From positions 1-30,592 of the forward strand of contig CALMHQ010000003.1 of NCBI GenBank assembly GCA_937625935.1: a DNA stretch of 30,592 nt, read 5' to 3'. Of the stretch, positions 11,760 through 22,971 are shown in pieces. Both the position numbers and the translations under genes were made by a program. The stretch is from Tetramitus jugosus. Lineage: Eukaryota > Protista > Heterolobosea. Numbering within the stretch: position 1 is the first letter of the stretch; the number at the start of each line of letters is the position of its first letter. Below the pieces are notes generated by a model, which worked only from the letters and a program-made list of their open reading frames with translations, did not search any database and was not told the DNA's origin.

Positions 11760-14239
11760 AACCCGTGCTTGATCGAATCTCTTCACTTTGACATCCAGAG
11801 CACTGGGCAGAAGTCACAAACAGCCACAATCCGTTTTGAACTGTTATCTGTTTGCTTTGTTTTAATTAAACAGTCGAATTCTCCTGGGATCTGTCAGTTC
11901 TCGAACAATAGTTTATTGTACTCCGCCGGTGTGTCACAGGTTCTCCCGTAACACACTGCTTGACGCCGCCCAAGTACCGGATGCACAGTGTAAAGCTTCT
12001 TAACTTTCGGCGAACCTACTCATCAATCCGCAATTTCTGCACACCACTCACACGGGGTTAACCGTGCGTGATACCCTTCTTGCGCCACCCGAAGCACCCT
12101 ATCACAAGAGCCAACCTTTATTTCAAAAGTACAAATCCATTTTGCCGACTTCCCTTACTTACATTGTTCTAATTGGTCAGAGGCTTTTAACCTTGGAGAC
12201 CTGTTGCGGATTCTGGTACGGTTACAGTTAGAAGAGTCAGATGATAACATTCAATTGGCATTCTATTTACGCTTCGGAGAACTGTACAGCCACAATAATA
12301 GTGCCTGCCTTTTCAGCTCTAATATTTCCCAATCTCTGTTCTACACAATTCATGGGAGATAATAAACCTCCAACACCAACCAAGGTTAGTGCCGTGAGGC
12401 CAATCGCTGTTAGGGAGAAAAGCGGACTCTTCCACAGCCACCGAGACGCTACGCCAACTGAACGAGGCTTTGCAGCTTCATGCTGATGCGAACACCAGCA
12501 CTCTTCTAACCACAGTTCAGGAATTTTAGCCTGATTCCCTTTCCTGCCCATCATAGCCGCTCGAAAGCTACTAATAGGAGTTACCCAGACAGTTAGGACC
12601 GACTAACCCTTGTCTGATTTCCATTGACAAGGAAACCTTCTCCACTACGACCTTCAAGATTTAAGCTCTTTATCCAACATTGACGTTGGACCACCTGCTA
12701 GATAAAGACACAGAGTCTCTCCAGAATAGTTGCTACTACTACCAAGATCTGCACTAACGGCCGCTCCACTCATTATCACTAAATAAGCTTCTACGCAACC
12801 GTCACGCCTTCCTACAAGTCATCACATACAAAATAGTGATAACTGCATGAGAGAAGTATCAACGCTTTGGCGTCATCCATTTTCAGGGCTGCTCCATTCG
12901 GCAGGTGAGCTGTTACGCACTCCTTAGCGGATTCCAGCTTCCATGGCCACCGTCCTGCTGTCAAAATGAACCAACGCCTTTTATGGTTTCGACTAAGCTT
13001 AGATTTAGACACATTTCTCACTTGCTCACGGTTTAACCCACATTGCCTGTTCTGCTTACCATAACACGGCCCACTAAGAATCAATACTATTGACATGGTT
13101 CGATTAAGTAACCAATACTTTTTGCATATTTAAAGTTTGAGAATAGGTTAAGGCTTTCCAACCCCAAGGCCTCTAATCATTAGCTTTACCTCACAAAGTT
13201 ATTCCGATTCTAGCTATCCTGAGGGAAATTTCGGAAGGAACCAGCTACCTGATGGTTCGATGAGTCTTTCGCTCCAATACTCAAGTGCGACGAGCGATTT
13301 GCACGTCAACATCGTTACAAGATCCTCCACCAGAGGTTACCCTGGCTTCAATCTGTTCAAGTATAGATCACCATCTTTCGGGTCTTAACATAATAACTAG
13401 AACGCAATTCCACGACCGAAGTCTACTGGATTGGCCTGTACGTCGCCGAAGCTAATACATTTCACATTCATTACGCATACATGATTTCAAATCACCACTG
13501 CTCGCTATTATGTCAAACTCCTTGGTCCGTGTTTCAAGACGGGCCGGATCCAATGTCCTTTACCAACGATTGCAGGGGCCATTGCTTTCGAACTACTGAG
13601 AAGCACCCACTGGCCTTAGCCGTCTACCCTATCTTAGATAAGGTGTCTGACTTCAGCTTCATAGGTGATTTCCAGCAGTCTTCAGACCGAAGAACCTGCT
13701 TTTTTACCGTGCCCAGAAGACATGGCGTTGGTTGAGTAATCCTTGAGTACATCAGGATAAATCCAGATTGTACAAGACTACAGTCCTAGAACTTGTTGGT
13801 TCCGCTTTTTGCTCAGCGATTTCAGACATTTTTCAGCTCCTTACCAGGAATCTTTTCAACTTTCCCTCTCGGTACTTGTTTGCTATCGGTGTCTTGTATT
13901 AATATTTAGCCTTGGAAGAAGTTCATCTCCCGTATTCAGATTCTACTTTCAAAGAATCCTACTCATGAGAAGATCACCGATCGAAAGCTTATAGAAGCTG
14001 ACGGGGCTATCACCCTGTCTCGCCCTCCGAAGAGACGTGTAATTCCAAACACAGACTTTACTTCTATTTGCCTCCAGGCGATCAACTCTTACCCTACAAC
14101 TCCAAACAATTGTTCGGATTCAGGGATGGGCTTTTCTCTTTTCGCTCGCCGCTACTAGGAGAATCTCTTTTGATTTCTTTTCCTCCACTTACTAATATGC
14201 TTAAATTCAGTGGGTAACCACTCACAAATGAGGTCAGAA
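10513..14239 (-). rRNA. Eukaryotic LSU (28S-like) rRNA, complete, ~3.7 kb, no intron evident
   Basis: The 5' region on - reads TGACCTCA...ACCCACTGAATTTAAGCATAT...GGAGGAAAAGAAA (~14170-14238). It contains CCCGTCTTGAAACACGGACCAAGGAG (~13518-13543) and all the 3' motifs mirrored from 1-1340. Ends are approximate. Confidence 0.95.
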
Positions 14240-14364
14240 AAATCAGTATGTATGAAAAATCCGAAGATATCTCTGTACCCAATCCTAAGATTGACGATAG
14301 CTGAGGGTTCTTAAATCCAAATCAATTGGTTGAAAGACCTCCCAAAGCTAATATGAATGAGATA
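14240..14364 (-). other. ITS2 (~125 bp)
   Basis: Spacer between the 5.8S 3' end and the LSU 5' end. Confidence 0.8.
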
Positions 14365-14526
14365 CTGACACTCACAAGCAAGTACCCTTGCTACTCGAAA
14401 GCAGCAAGAGTTCCGTATGCGTTCAAAATCTTGATGATTCACGGGAGTTGCAAGTCACATTAACTGTCACGTTTAACCGCGTTCTTCATCGATACAAGAC
14501 CCTAGTCATCCATCGCAAAGCATCCA
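14365..14526 (-). rRNA. 5.8S rRNA
   Basis: The minus strand reads GCGATGGATGACTAGGGTCTTGTATCGATGAAGAACGCGG...GTGAATCATCAAGATTTTGAACGCA...GTGAGTGTCA, containing the conserved CGATGAAGAACG and GAATCATC/TTTGAACGCA motifs. Confidence 0.92.
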
Positions 14527-14767
14527 TCCTAGTCGCTGAGTTTCACCAAAGTGACGCATCAGAACGGATTGTTTCTGATACTCCTCAAAACACACACTAG
14601 TTGTGAAAAGACATCGTCACATCGAAATGTGATCGACTTCAATGTCTTTTGTTTTACTCTCCTACCAGTCAAGTCTTAACATTGGACGGAGATTCCAATG
14701 TTGACCTTCTGACAATGTCAGTGGTTGCATGACAATCCGAAGATTGCCTGGTTGATGCAACCGAATA
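14527..14767 (-). other. ITS1 (~240 bp)
   Basis: Spacer between the 18S 3' end (GGATCATTT) and 5.8S. Confidence 0.8.
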
Positions 14768-15485
14768 AATGATCCCTCCGCAGGTTCACCTACGAAGACC
14801 TTGTTACGACTTCTCGTTCCTACAAATAGAGAAATTCAGTTGATTTTCTCGCATTGCTTAGAGCAACGCTGGTCCATCAAATTCATACCTCTATTCAGTC
14901 GGTACGAGCGACGGGCGGTGTGTACAAAAGGCAGGGACGAAGCCAATACGACATGATGAATCATGCTTACTAGGAATTCCTCGTTCACGAGGATTTACAA
15001 ACCTCGATCCCTGTCACATTAATCTTTGATAAGATTTCCCAATCCTTTCGGACCAGGGTTGCATCCCGAAAGATGACTCTACGTTACTTGTTGCTATTAA
15101 TATTGTAGTACGCGTGCAGCCCAAGATATCTAAGGGCATCACAGATCTGTTATTGCCTTAAACTTCCTCACCCTGAAGCGGGTGCTGTACCTCTAAGAAG
15201 CATCACTGCGAACAGTGACAGTACAGGTTTCCTGAGGAAATATACATTCCCCCAACGAAACGATGGACAACCGAAGAAGTCCCTGTACCTTAATTAGCAA
15301 GTTAAGGTCTCGCTCGTTAACTGAATTAACAAGACGAATCACTCCACGAACTAAGAACGACCATGCACCACCTTCTGTAAAATCAAGAAAGAACCTTAAT
15401 CTGTCAATCATATTCACATCCTAACTTGGTGAGTTTCCCCGCGTTGAGTCGAATTAAGCCGCATACTCCACTCCTGGTGGTGCCT

Positions 15486-15531
<46 letters not shown>

Positions 15532-16883
15532 AGAACCCAAAAACTTAACGGTTTCCCTTGGATTCTGATAGGATCTAAAAGTCTCACTACCAATCTCGTG
15601 TTGGTATCGTTTACGGTTAAGACTACGACGGTATCTAATCATCTTCGATCCCTTAACTTTCGTCCCTGATTGACAGACACGCTCTGGATCACAACTGCTT
15701 TCGCATTAGATAGTCATATAGCGGTCACTGAATTTCACCTCTCGCGCCATAGTACTTGGATCCTCTATCAGTGTCTCATTGCGAACGCCGGATCTTCCAC
15801 TTCTCAGGAAATCCCTTGAAGTTTCCGATCGGCTTCGTGACAATTCCATGCTAAATCATTCAAGCAAATGGGTTACCCCGTACATTGCCTGCTTGGAGCA
15901 CTCTGATTTGTTTACGGTTGTGCCAATTGGCCCTATCAGACCTTACGGACTGATAGGGAACGAGCCATAATCATTGACCTATCCCATGGCGGATGCTAAT
16001 TGGGCGGACCCTTTCGCTTCCGTTAGAGACCGAGGACCTGTCCTTATTCACCCAATCAGCCACAATACGTGACCGACTATGATGAACAGAACTGATCAGA
16101 TCAATAACTATAACCCTTTGGTTTACTACGGGCGTTTTAACTACAACAGTATTAATATACACTTTTAGAGCTGGAATTACCGCGGGTGCTGGCACCAGAC
16201 TTGTCCTCTAATTGCTACTCATGGAGAGGTTTAATCTCCATCCATTTCAAACCACAAAGTGGTACCTTTCCACCATTTGGTGTAAAGTCGCTATGTCTTG
16301 TCACTACCTCTCTGAATTAGAATTGGGTAATTTACGCGCCTGCTGCCGTCCTTAGATGTGATAGCCGTTTCTCAGGCTCTCTCTCCGGAGTTGGACACCA
16401 ATCCCCCGTATCCGTTATAGCCTCGTTTCGCCTTTACCGAAACTACTGAGCTGATAGATTAGAAACATATCTTCCTGGCCACTAGTCAACAAGAAAGCCG
16501 TAGGTCTTATTAGGACGCTAAGTCATTCACGCTGCATTCGCTTGCAAGCAAGCGAAAATCTAATGGTCGACAACTGTTCAGATCTTCCGACGAATCTTGG
16601 ATCCTCCCAGCTAACAATAGAGCGGACTCACCCTTACTCTAGTGTCTACTGTCTACTTAATTCAACAGTAATCGTAGGCATTATCGCTGCAGTTGACAGT
16701 GTTATTCCCATCCCCGAAGGGTTGTACCAGGTGGCTAAATTCATAACTTGTTTAATGAGCCTTTCACAGATTAACAATGAATAAGGGTTGAGGCGAACCT
16801 CTTCCCAAAACTATGCCGATCTTACACATGCATGGCTTAATCTTTGAGACAAGCATATGACTACTGGCAGGATCAACCAGGTA
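14768..16883 (-). rRNA. 18S (SSU) rRNA, ~2.12 kb, heterolobosean-like
   Basis: Starts TACCTGGTTGATCCTGCCAGTAGTCATATGCTTGTCTC and ends GTAACAAGGTCTTCGTAGGTGAACCTGCGGAGGGATCATTT. Variants GCCAGCACCCGCGG, AACTGCAGCGATA and GGTCTTCGTAGG, plus expanded variable regions, resemble Heterolobosea. The taxon call is from recall, not a search. Confidence 0.97.
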
Positions 16884-17041
16884 ATCATGATTTTCTCTCT
16901 AGCCCTATTAAGACTGCGTGCTAAGCTTGCAGCTTTCTAGTAACTAGATTAAAAATCTATTGGTTCTTGTGAGTCGTAAAACTCACTAGATTTTTCTAAA
17001 CACCTATAAAAGCAGTCAAACCGAAGTTACGACTGATAAAA
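16884..17041 (-). other. Putative 5' ETS (~160 bp minimum)
   Basis: Unique sequence between the 18S 5' end and the breakpoint of the duplicated upstream block. Confidence 0.5.
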
Positions 17042-17162
17042 CTGTTCGGAACGCGAGTTGTTGGTGCGCTTGTACTGAAGCATGAGCCCCATAAGCACTA
17101 TTCCTACTACGTCACCAGGACGCAATAAGCTTCATATTAAGAATACTAGATTCTATACTACA
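17042..17162 (-). promoter_or_regulatory. Putative RNA polymerase I promoter / initiation region
   Basis: A ~120-bp non-repetitive block 160 bp upstream of the 18S, duplicated almost exactly at 23442-23562. Its size and position fit a Pol I promoter, but such promoters have no conserved consensus to confirm this. Confidence 0.45.
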
Positions 17163-17655
17163 CGCCTCCTTTCTACCTACCTCCTTTCGGCCTACCTTCT
17201 TACCTCCTTCTACCTACCTCCTTTCTACCTATCTCCTTACCTCCTTCTACCTCCTTTCAGCCTGCCTTCTTTTCGGCCTACCTTCTTACCTCCTTCTCTC
17301 GGCCCACCTTCTTCCTACCTCCTTTCAGCCTACCTCCTTTCAGCCTACCTCCTTTCAGCCTACCTCCTTTCAGCCTACCTCCTTCCTCCTTCTACCTACT
17401 TTCTAGATACCTTACCTCCCCTCTTACCTACTTTCTAGATACCTTACCTCCCCTCTTACCTTCTTTTTTCTTCTTCTCTTCTCCTTCCTCTTCTCTTCTC
17501 CTTCCTCCTACCTTCATCTCCCTTCCTCTCCTCCTTCTTCCCTTCCTCCTTCTCTCCTCCTTCTCTCTCTTCTCCTCTCCTCCTTCTTCTTTCTCTCTTC
17601 TCCTTCTTCTTTTCTCTCTTCTCCTTCTTTTTTTTTCTCTTTTTTCTCTTACTCC
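17163..17655. repeat. Pyrimidine-rich simple repeats and a ~190-bp polypyrimidine tract
   Basis: 16-bp CCTCCTTTCAGCCTAC units (~17315-17385), a ~33-bp tandem duplication (~17396-17460), then almost pure C/T at 17460-17650. Confidence 0.9.
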
Positions 17656-19210
17656 CACCAAAAAACCGTATTTTGCGTGGGGGGCTGGGAGACGGTCCCA
17701 GTCACGGCTATATATATATGTGCACATCCAGGGTGAAACTGGTTGCTATGACACCCTACATAATCTGGCCAAAAATCAAAAATCGAAAAATCCTGTGTCA
17801 CTCTATGTTCACACATTTAGCTGCATCGGAGTTTCATCTGTACTTTTTTGGAATTTTTCGGAAAAAATCAAAAAATCACTATCTCCAATTGTAAATCGTC
17901 TACCGATGAAATATATTTCAACATAAAATTTTACGTTTTTGTATCATCACTAGGGGTCGGAAAAACTCCCCTGAGGAGCAATCCTTTTTTTCTCAAAAAC
18001 GGCATGTCGGATTAATAATCTATGTCCATAATACCTAGAAAATATTAATTTTCTGTTCTAATTCACCATAAATATCATTTCTCCGATGCTTTTCCATGGA
18101 CTTTTTTTTTTCGACAAGAAATCTGCCAGTCTAATTTGACTGACTCTTGGGCCACAGAGACAATATTATGAAGCTATGAAACAACACGAGAATTAGACCA
18201 AAGCAATGCACCGTTTAGAAAATAGGTGTTTTCGAAACAAATCACACGAATGTTCGTCGACAGACCAACTCACTCCAAATTTCACTCTCTAAATTTCACA
18301 TTTTTTAGTTTCGTACAGTCAATTCGCTTGTGCTATTCCTCTCTTCACTATATTGCTTACAACTTCCATCTTTACTTTTTCTCTATTATGCTTCCTTTAC
18401 ATTTGTCGGAGTTCGGAGTATTAATAGGGGCATAGTCGAAGTTTTCCATTGAAATTGTATGCGTAATATATAAATATTTGATAGCTGTAGTTTTTCAGGG
18501 AAACTGTTTTATTATTCTTTCAGAGAGTTAATTTCTCCGACATTGAAACGGAGCATTTTAGAGAAAAAGTAAAGATGGAAGTTGTATAAGATATTAAGAT
18601 CAAATCATCAGCACTAGCGGATTAATAATATTCAACTATGATGGTCATATTTAACTCCGACCGACGCCCAGAAAGTCATCCGACTCTGTCCATCACAGTT
18701 GAATTTGGTTACTCCGCTCACGCTAATCATTTGTCTATTATATTGCTTGCTACTCCCAACTCGCTTTCTCTCTACTATGCTTCCTTTAGAAGTGTCGGAG
18801 TTCGGAGTATTTATAGGAGTATTGTTACTGGTCTCCATTGAAACTTCATACATACAATATACTTATTTGATAGCTGTAGTTTTTCAGGGAAACTGTTTTA
18901 TTACTATATTTGTGGCACTTTTTCTGTTGCCGATCACCACCCAACCCTCCATCGCAACTTTTGTGCGCGAAATATTGAGTTTCAAAGTTTCAATCGGCTC
19001 TCGCTCTGTATATCTATTGCTGTTATAATGTTTGTGCTCGAGCAGATCCCATATATGAAACACTTTATGTCACAATGTGGCTCACCCAATCCTACTCCAG
19101 TCGAGAGCCATTGTGACATAAAGTGTTTCATATATTCAATTCACTTGAGCACGAACCTCACAACTGTGATAGCTATGTAGAGCGAGAGCCGATTGATAAT
19201 TCAAAACTCA
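17656..19210 (+). repeat. Upstream 'head' spacer arm; present 3 times (direct copy ~24011-25565, inverted copy ~29005-30560)
   Basis: Identical ORF translations at 18226/24581/29780, 18699/25054/29187 and others. The direct copy is offset by 6355 bp. Confidence 0.95.
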
Positions 19211-20140
19211 TTATAGTGAGACGACTTTTAACTACATCACTCTCCACCTCTCGACTAACAACTTTTGCACTCGAAATATTGAGTTTCATAGTTTCAATCG
19301 GCTCTCGCTCTACATAGCCATTGCTGTTGTGAGGTTCGTGTTTGAGCAGATGCCATATATGAAACACTTTATGTCACAATGTGGCTCACCCAATCCTACT
19401 CCAGTCGAGAGCCATTGTGACATAAAGTGTTTCATATATTCAATTCACTTGAGCACGAACCTCACAACTGTGATAGTTATGTAGAGCGAGAGCCGATTGA
19501 CACTTTGAAACTCAATATTTCGAGTGCAAAAGTTGGATGGAGGGTGGAATGTGGTCGGCAACAGAAACGTGCCACAAATATAGTAATAAAACAGTTTCCC
19601 TGAAAAACTACAGCTATCAAATAAGTATATTGTATGTATGTAGTTTCAATGGAGAACTTTGACTATGCCCCTATTAATACTCCGAACTCCGACACTTCTA
19701 AAGGAAGCATAATGAAGAAAAAGTAAACATGGAAGTCGTATAAGATCTAGAGAAGAAATCATGTTCGATAGTGGAGTAATCAAATTCAACTGTGGGAGAT
19801 AGCTGCAGTCAGATCTAGGTGTGTGGCCTGTCTCCCACAGCTTCGTTTGGCTGATTCTCTCGTGCTCGTGATTTCTTCACTGCGTCATCTGTGTCTTCTC
19901 ATATCACTCTCTCTCTGTTGCTGGCAGAAAAAGTAAGTCTCTGAAAGAATGATAAAACAGTTTCCCTGAAAAACTACAGATATCAAATATATATATTGTA
20001 TGTATGTACTTCCAATGGATACCAGTAATAATGCCCCTATTAATACTCCGAACTCCGACACTTCTAAAGGAAGCATAATGAAAAAAAAGTATGCATGGAG
20101 GTAGTATGCAATATAGTGAGCAAATCATTAGCGCGAGAAA
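18340..20140. repeat. Junction J2: diverged (imperfect) palindrome centred ~19240 with two hairpins 304 bp apart
   Basis: GTCGGAGTTCGGAGT modules at 18405 and 18794 (+) face modules at 19679 and 20045 (-). Hairpins at 19051 and 19355. Positions ~19550-19792 nearly match 7250-7490. Confidence 0.85.
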
Positions 20141-20914
20141 ATCAAAAACACCCAAAAAGTGATTTTCGGTAAACCCCCCCCTACGATTTTAAAAAACATA
20201 AGGAACTTTTTACTGGCGGGGATTTAAGCCTAACCGAAAAATATAACGATGTTAAAATGTTATAGTTACTGTTCGTACTTAAGGCCATTTGGTCACCAGA
20301 TGAAGTAGAGACATGTTTTTTTAGCAAAAAAAGGTCGACCACGCTCAAAGTAGCGAATTTTTTCGTAAATCAATAAAATCGTCAAAAAATGGGTATTTTT
20401 TTTTCCTTGAATATGAACATATATATCGTCAGTTTTTTCGCTTTGGCGATTCTATGCTTCCTCGCAAAGTAGCCAAAATTTCATGTTTTCCAGGAGCCCA
20501 AAAACACGAAAAAATTATTGACAGCTAAAATGGAGAGGAAGCAAGTTAGCCCGGTTCTGTCATGCACCATTTTATATAATCTATATTTCCTCTCTATGTC
20601 ATCAGTCAGGTTCCCAATAACCCCGTCGTATATTTCTCCGAAAAATTTAGCTCCTTCCCTGAGCATGCGGAGAAATTATCTTGTGATATTATTTACTGTA
20701 TACATATATATATATATTCAACGCAAGCGGAGTAATAAAATTATGCGTGGATAAAAGTCGGGAAAATAGAAACTCTCAGGGGAGCAAGATAGCGGGATAA
20801 TTTTATGTGGAGAAGAATCAAAATTAAATATTGATATGTTGCAGTTTTAGCAGAATCATTTGATAATGCGCCGTTTTTTAGTGTCGGAAAATTAGAAATT
20901 TTGTTAGGGGAGCA

Positions 20915-21275
20915 TATCTGATACAATCCAAAGAAACGAGTAACATATAACACTATCAGATAAACAAACAGCACAAGCGGTTAGTCTCTATTAAACACAA
21001 GTGGTCACGTCGAACGCGAAGTTGTGGCCAAAGTCGAGATCGAGTGTGACCCGAAGGTCGTCATTTGGCCAATCCAATTAAACCAGTAACATACAACACT
21101 ATTGAATAAACAAGAAGCTCACACGGTTCGTCTTTATGAAACACAGGAGGGTCACTTTTCCTCTTAGGCCAAAGTCGAGATCGAGGTCAAGTGTGAGATG
21201 GAGGCGTGATTGCTCCAATCTAATATGACGCATGGAACACAACATTGTTAATTAAACAGCAGTGCAAGCGATTCA
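20915..21275 (-). repeat. Three degenerate monomers of the 625-bp-repeat family (~147-bp spacing)
   Basis: AACATATAACACTATCAGATAAACAAACAGCACAAGC (~20942), AACATACAACACTATTGAATAAACAAG (~21088) and CCAATCTAATATGACGCA...CAACATTGTTAATTAAACAGCAGTGCAAGC (~21216) match CCAATCTAATCAAACGCACAACATACAACACTATTGAATAAACAAGCAGCGCAAGC. Confidence 0.8.
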
Positions 21276-21328
21276 TCTATAAGACATAAACTGACTGAGT
21301 TTTTTCTAGGAGCAAAGTTAAGACCAAC

Positions 21329-21571
21329 GTCTCTTGTTGCACAACAGAACACTTGATTGGTTAGACAGTATCAGAGATGAGAAGGTTAGTAGCGCGGCAT
21401 GTGAAATTCACCTAAAACCTAAGGTCATTTCTGGAGGTAGTTAAGAACAATGTCTCTTGTTGCACAACAGCACACTTGATTGGTTGGACAGTATCAGGAC
21501 TATCAAAGAAATAAGAAGGTTAGCAGTGCGACATGTGAAATTCACCTAAAACTTAAAGTCATTTCTGGTGG
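21329..21571. repeat. Imperfect tandem duplication (~110-120 bp x2)
   Basis: GTCTCTTGTTGCACAACAG...CATGTGAAATTCACCTAAAAC...GTCATTTCTGG at ~21329 and ~21452. Confidence 0.85.
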
Positions 21572-22057
21572 CAACCATGAACGATGCAAACATAAGTAAC
21601 ATAGTTTGACATCTATAGTTTAATCCATTTCGAAATTAGTAAAAAACAGGGTATTTTTGGCGTAAAGGGCACTCAAACGGCTTATGAAGAAAGAAGAAGG
21701 GACTCTCGGCACTAGGTACCTAAGTGTTCATACTTTTTCAAAACGTCTGTCAAGCATACACCATAATGGGGTGTGCTGGGCTTTGCCTGTGTCCGGGGCC
21801 AGAGATCTGGATAGGCCCATGGGATATACCCACCTTTCCTTTGCCACCAACCCGTAAGCTGATGCAGCGCCAGAAAGCTGCCCAATGTGCCAGACAAAGA
21901 GTAGGACCGAAGTCAACTTCCTCAATACTGACACACCAGGTGAACACAAACGAGGTGACGAATCATCCCTACCTCATGAATTTGAAACTACTGACTAAAC
22001 TACTGACATACAACCCATACCCACACACTTCCACTTCTGTCCTTACACTCGGCTTCA

Positions 22058-22736
22058 TGTTGCGGCCTGGGTTCAAGCCCGGACTGCCAATTCCCCATCC
22101 CCCAGTTGATGTGTAACTCCCGATGGCACTCCATTGGTGAGCTCTCAGCGTCATTTCACTCCATTGGTGGGAACGCATAATGGTAACTCCCTCATTATGA
22201 CCCAATGGCGCTCTACTCAACTGAGACCAATGGTGACTTCCACCAGTGTCCGATGGAGCTTTACTTACTAGTGAGACTAGTGAGTGTGCTCCATTATATA
22301 CACAGTCGGCGCTTGCTCTTCGCTAATCCGTAGCTAGGAGCCACTTTTCCGATGTAATCCACGTTCATTTGGTGCACATCCATTGAGCTAGCTTGGATCG
22401 ATCGGACATGAATACCTCCATTTGCCGCTAACCCTGCTCTCGGCCTGCGTGTTGCGGCCTGGGTTCAAGCACGGACCGCCAATTATCTATTCCCCAGTTG
22501 ATGTGTAACTCCCGATGGCACTCCATTGGTGAGCTCTCAGCGTCATTTCACTCCATTGGTGGGAACGCATAATGGTAACTCCCTCATTATGACCCAATGG
22601 CGCTCTACTCAACTGAGACCAATGGTGACTTCCACCAGTGTCCGATGGAGCTTTACTTACTAGTGAGACTAGTGAGTGTGCTCCATTATATACACAGTCG
22701 GCGCTTGCTCTTCGCTAATCCGTAGCTAGGAGCCAC
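22058..22736. repeat. Two ~287-bp direct repeats (22058-22344, 22450-22736) separated by 105 bp
   Basis: TGTTGCGGCCTGGGTTCAAGC...GCTAGGAGCCAC repeated with offset 392. The ~245-bp 3' part is identical between copies. Confidence 0.92.
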
Positions 22737-22971
22737 GCACCCTCAGCAGGCAATAACGCCTCCTTTCCGTATTCAAGCTTTCAGATCCAAAGTACCTCGC
22801 TGCTGATAATCGCCAACAACATCTTCTCCACGTCCAGTCAGTTTTCACTGACCTTCTATGGGTCCGAGTTTGTCATTGATGATCAGCAATGGATGCGAGT
22901 TAGAGTATGACTGCATGCTTTCATTTCCAACTTGACGTCTGGGTTTTAACATGTGTCTTATTCTAACTCCA

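Noticed and set aside
17163-17460. Telomeric repeats
   Set aside because: TAGG/AGG-rich on the minus strand but irregular and internal, with no TTAGGG-type tandem array.
22040-22095. tRNA gene at CCTGGGTTCAAGCCCGG (also CCGGGTTCAATCC at ~5659)
   Set aside because: Only a T-loop/B-box-like motif; no acceptor stem, D-arm/A-box or anticodon arm could be built.
21724-22116. 130-aa ORF in the pseudo-unit cargo as an rDNA-element-encoded protein
   Set aside because: GTG start, no recognisable motif, and it runs into a duplicated repeat. Overlapping frames on the other strand are similarly open, so no frame stands out.
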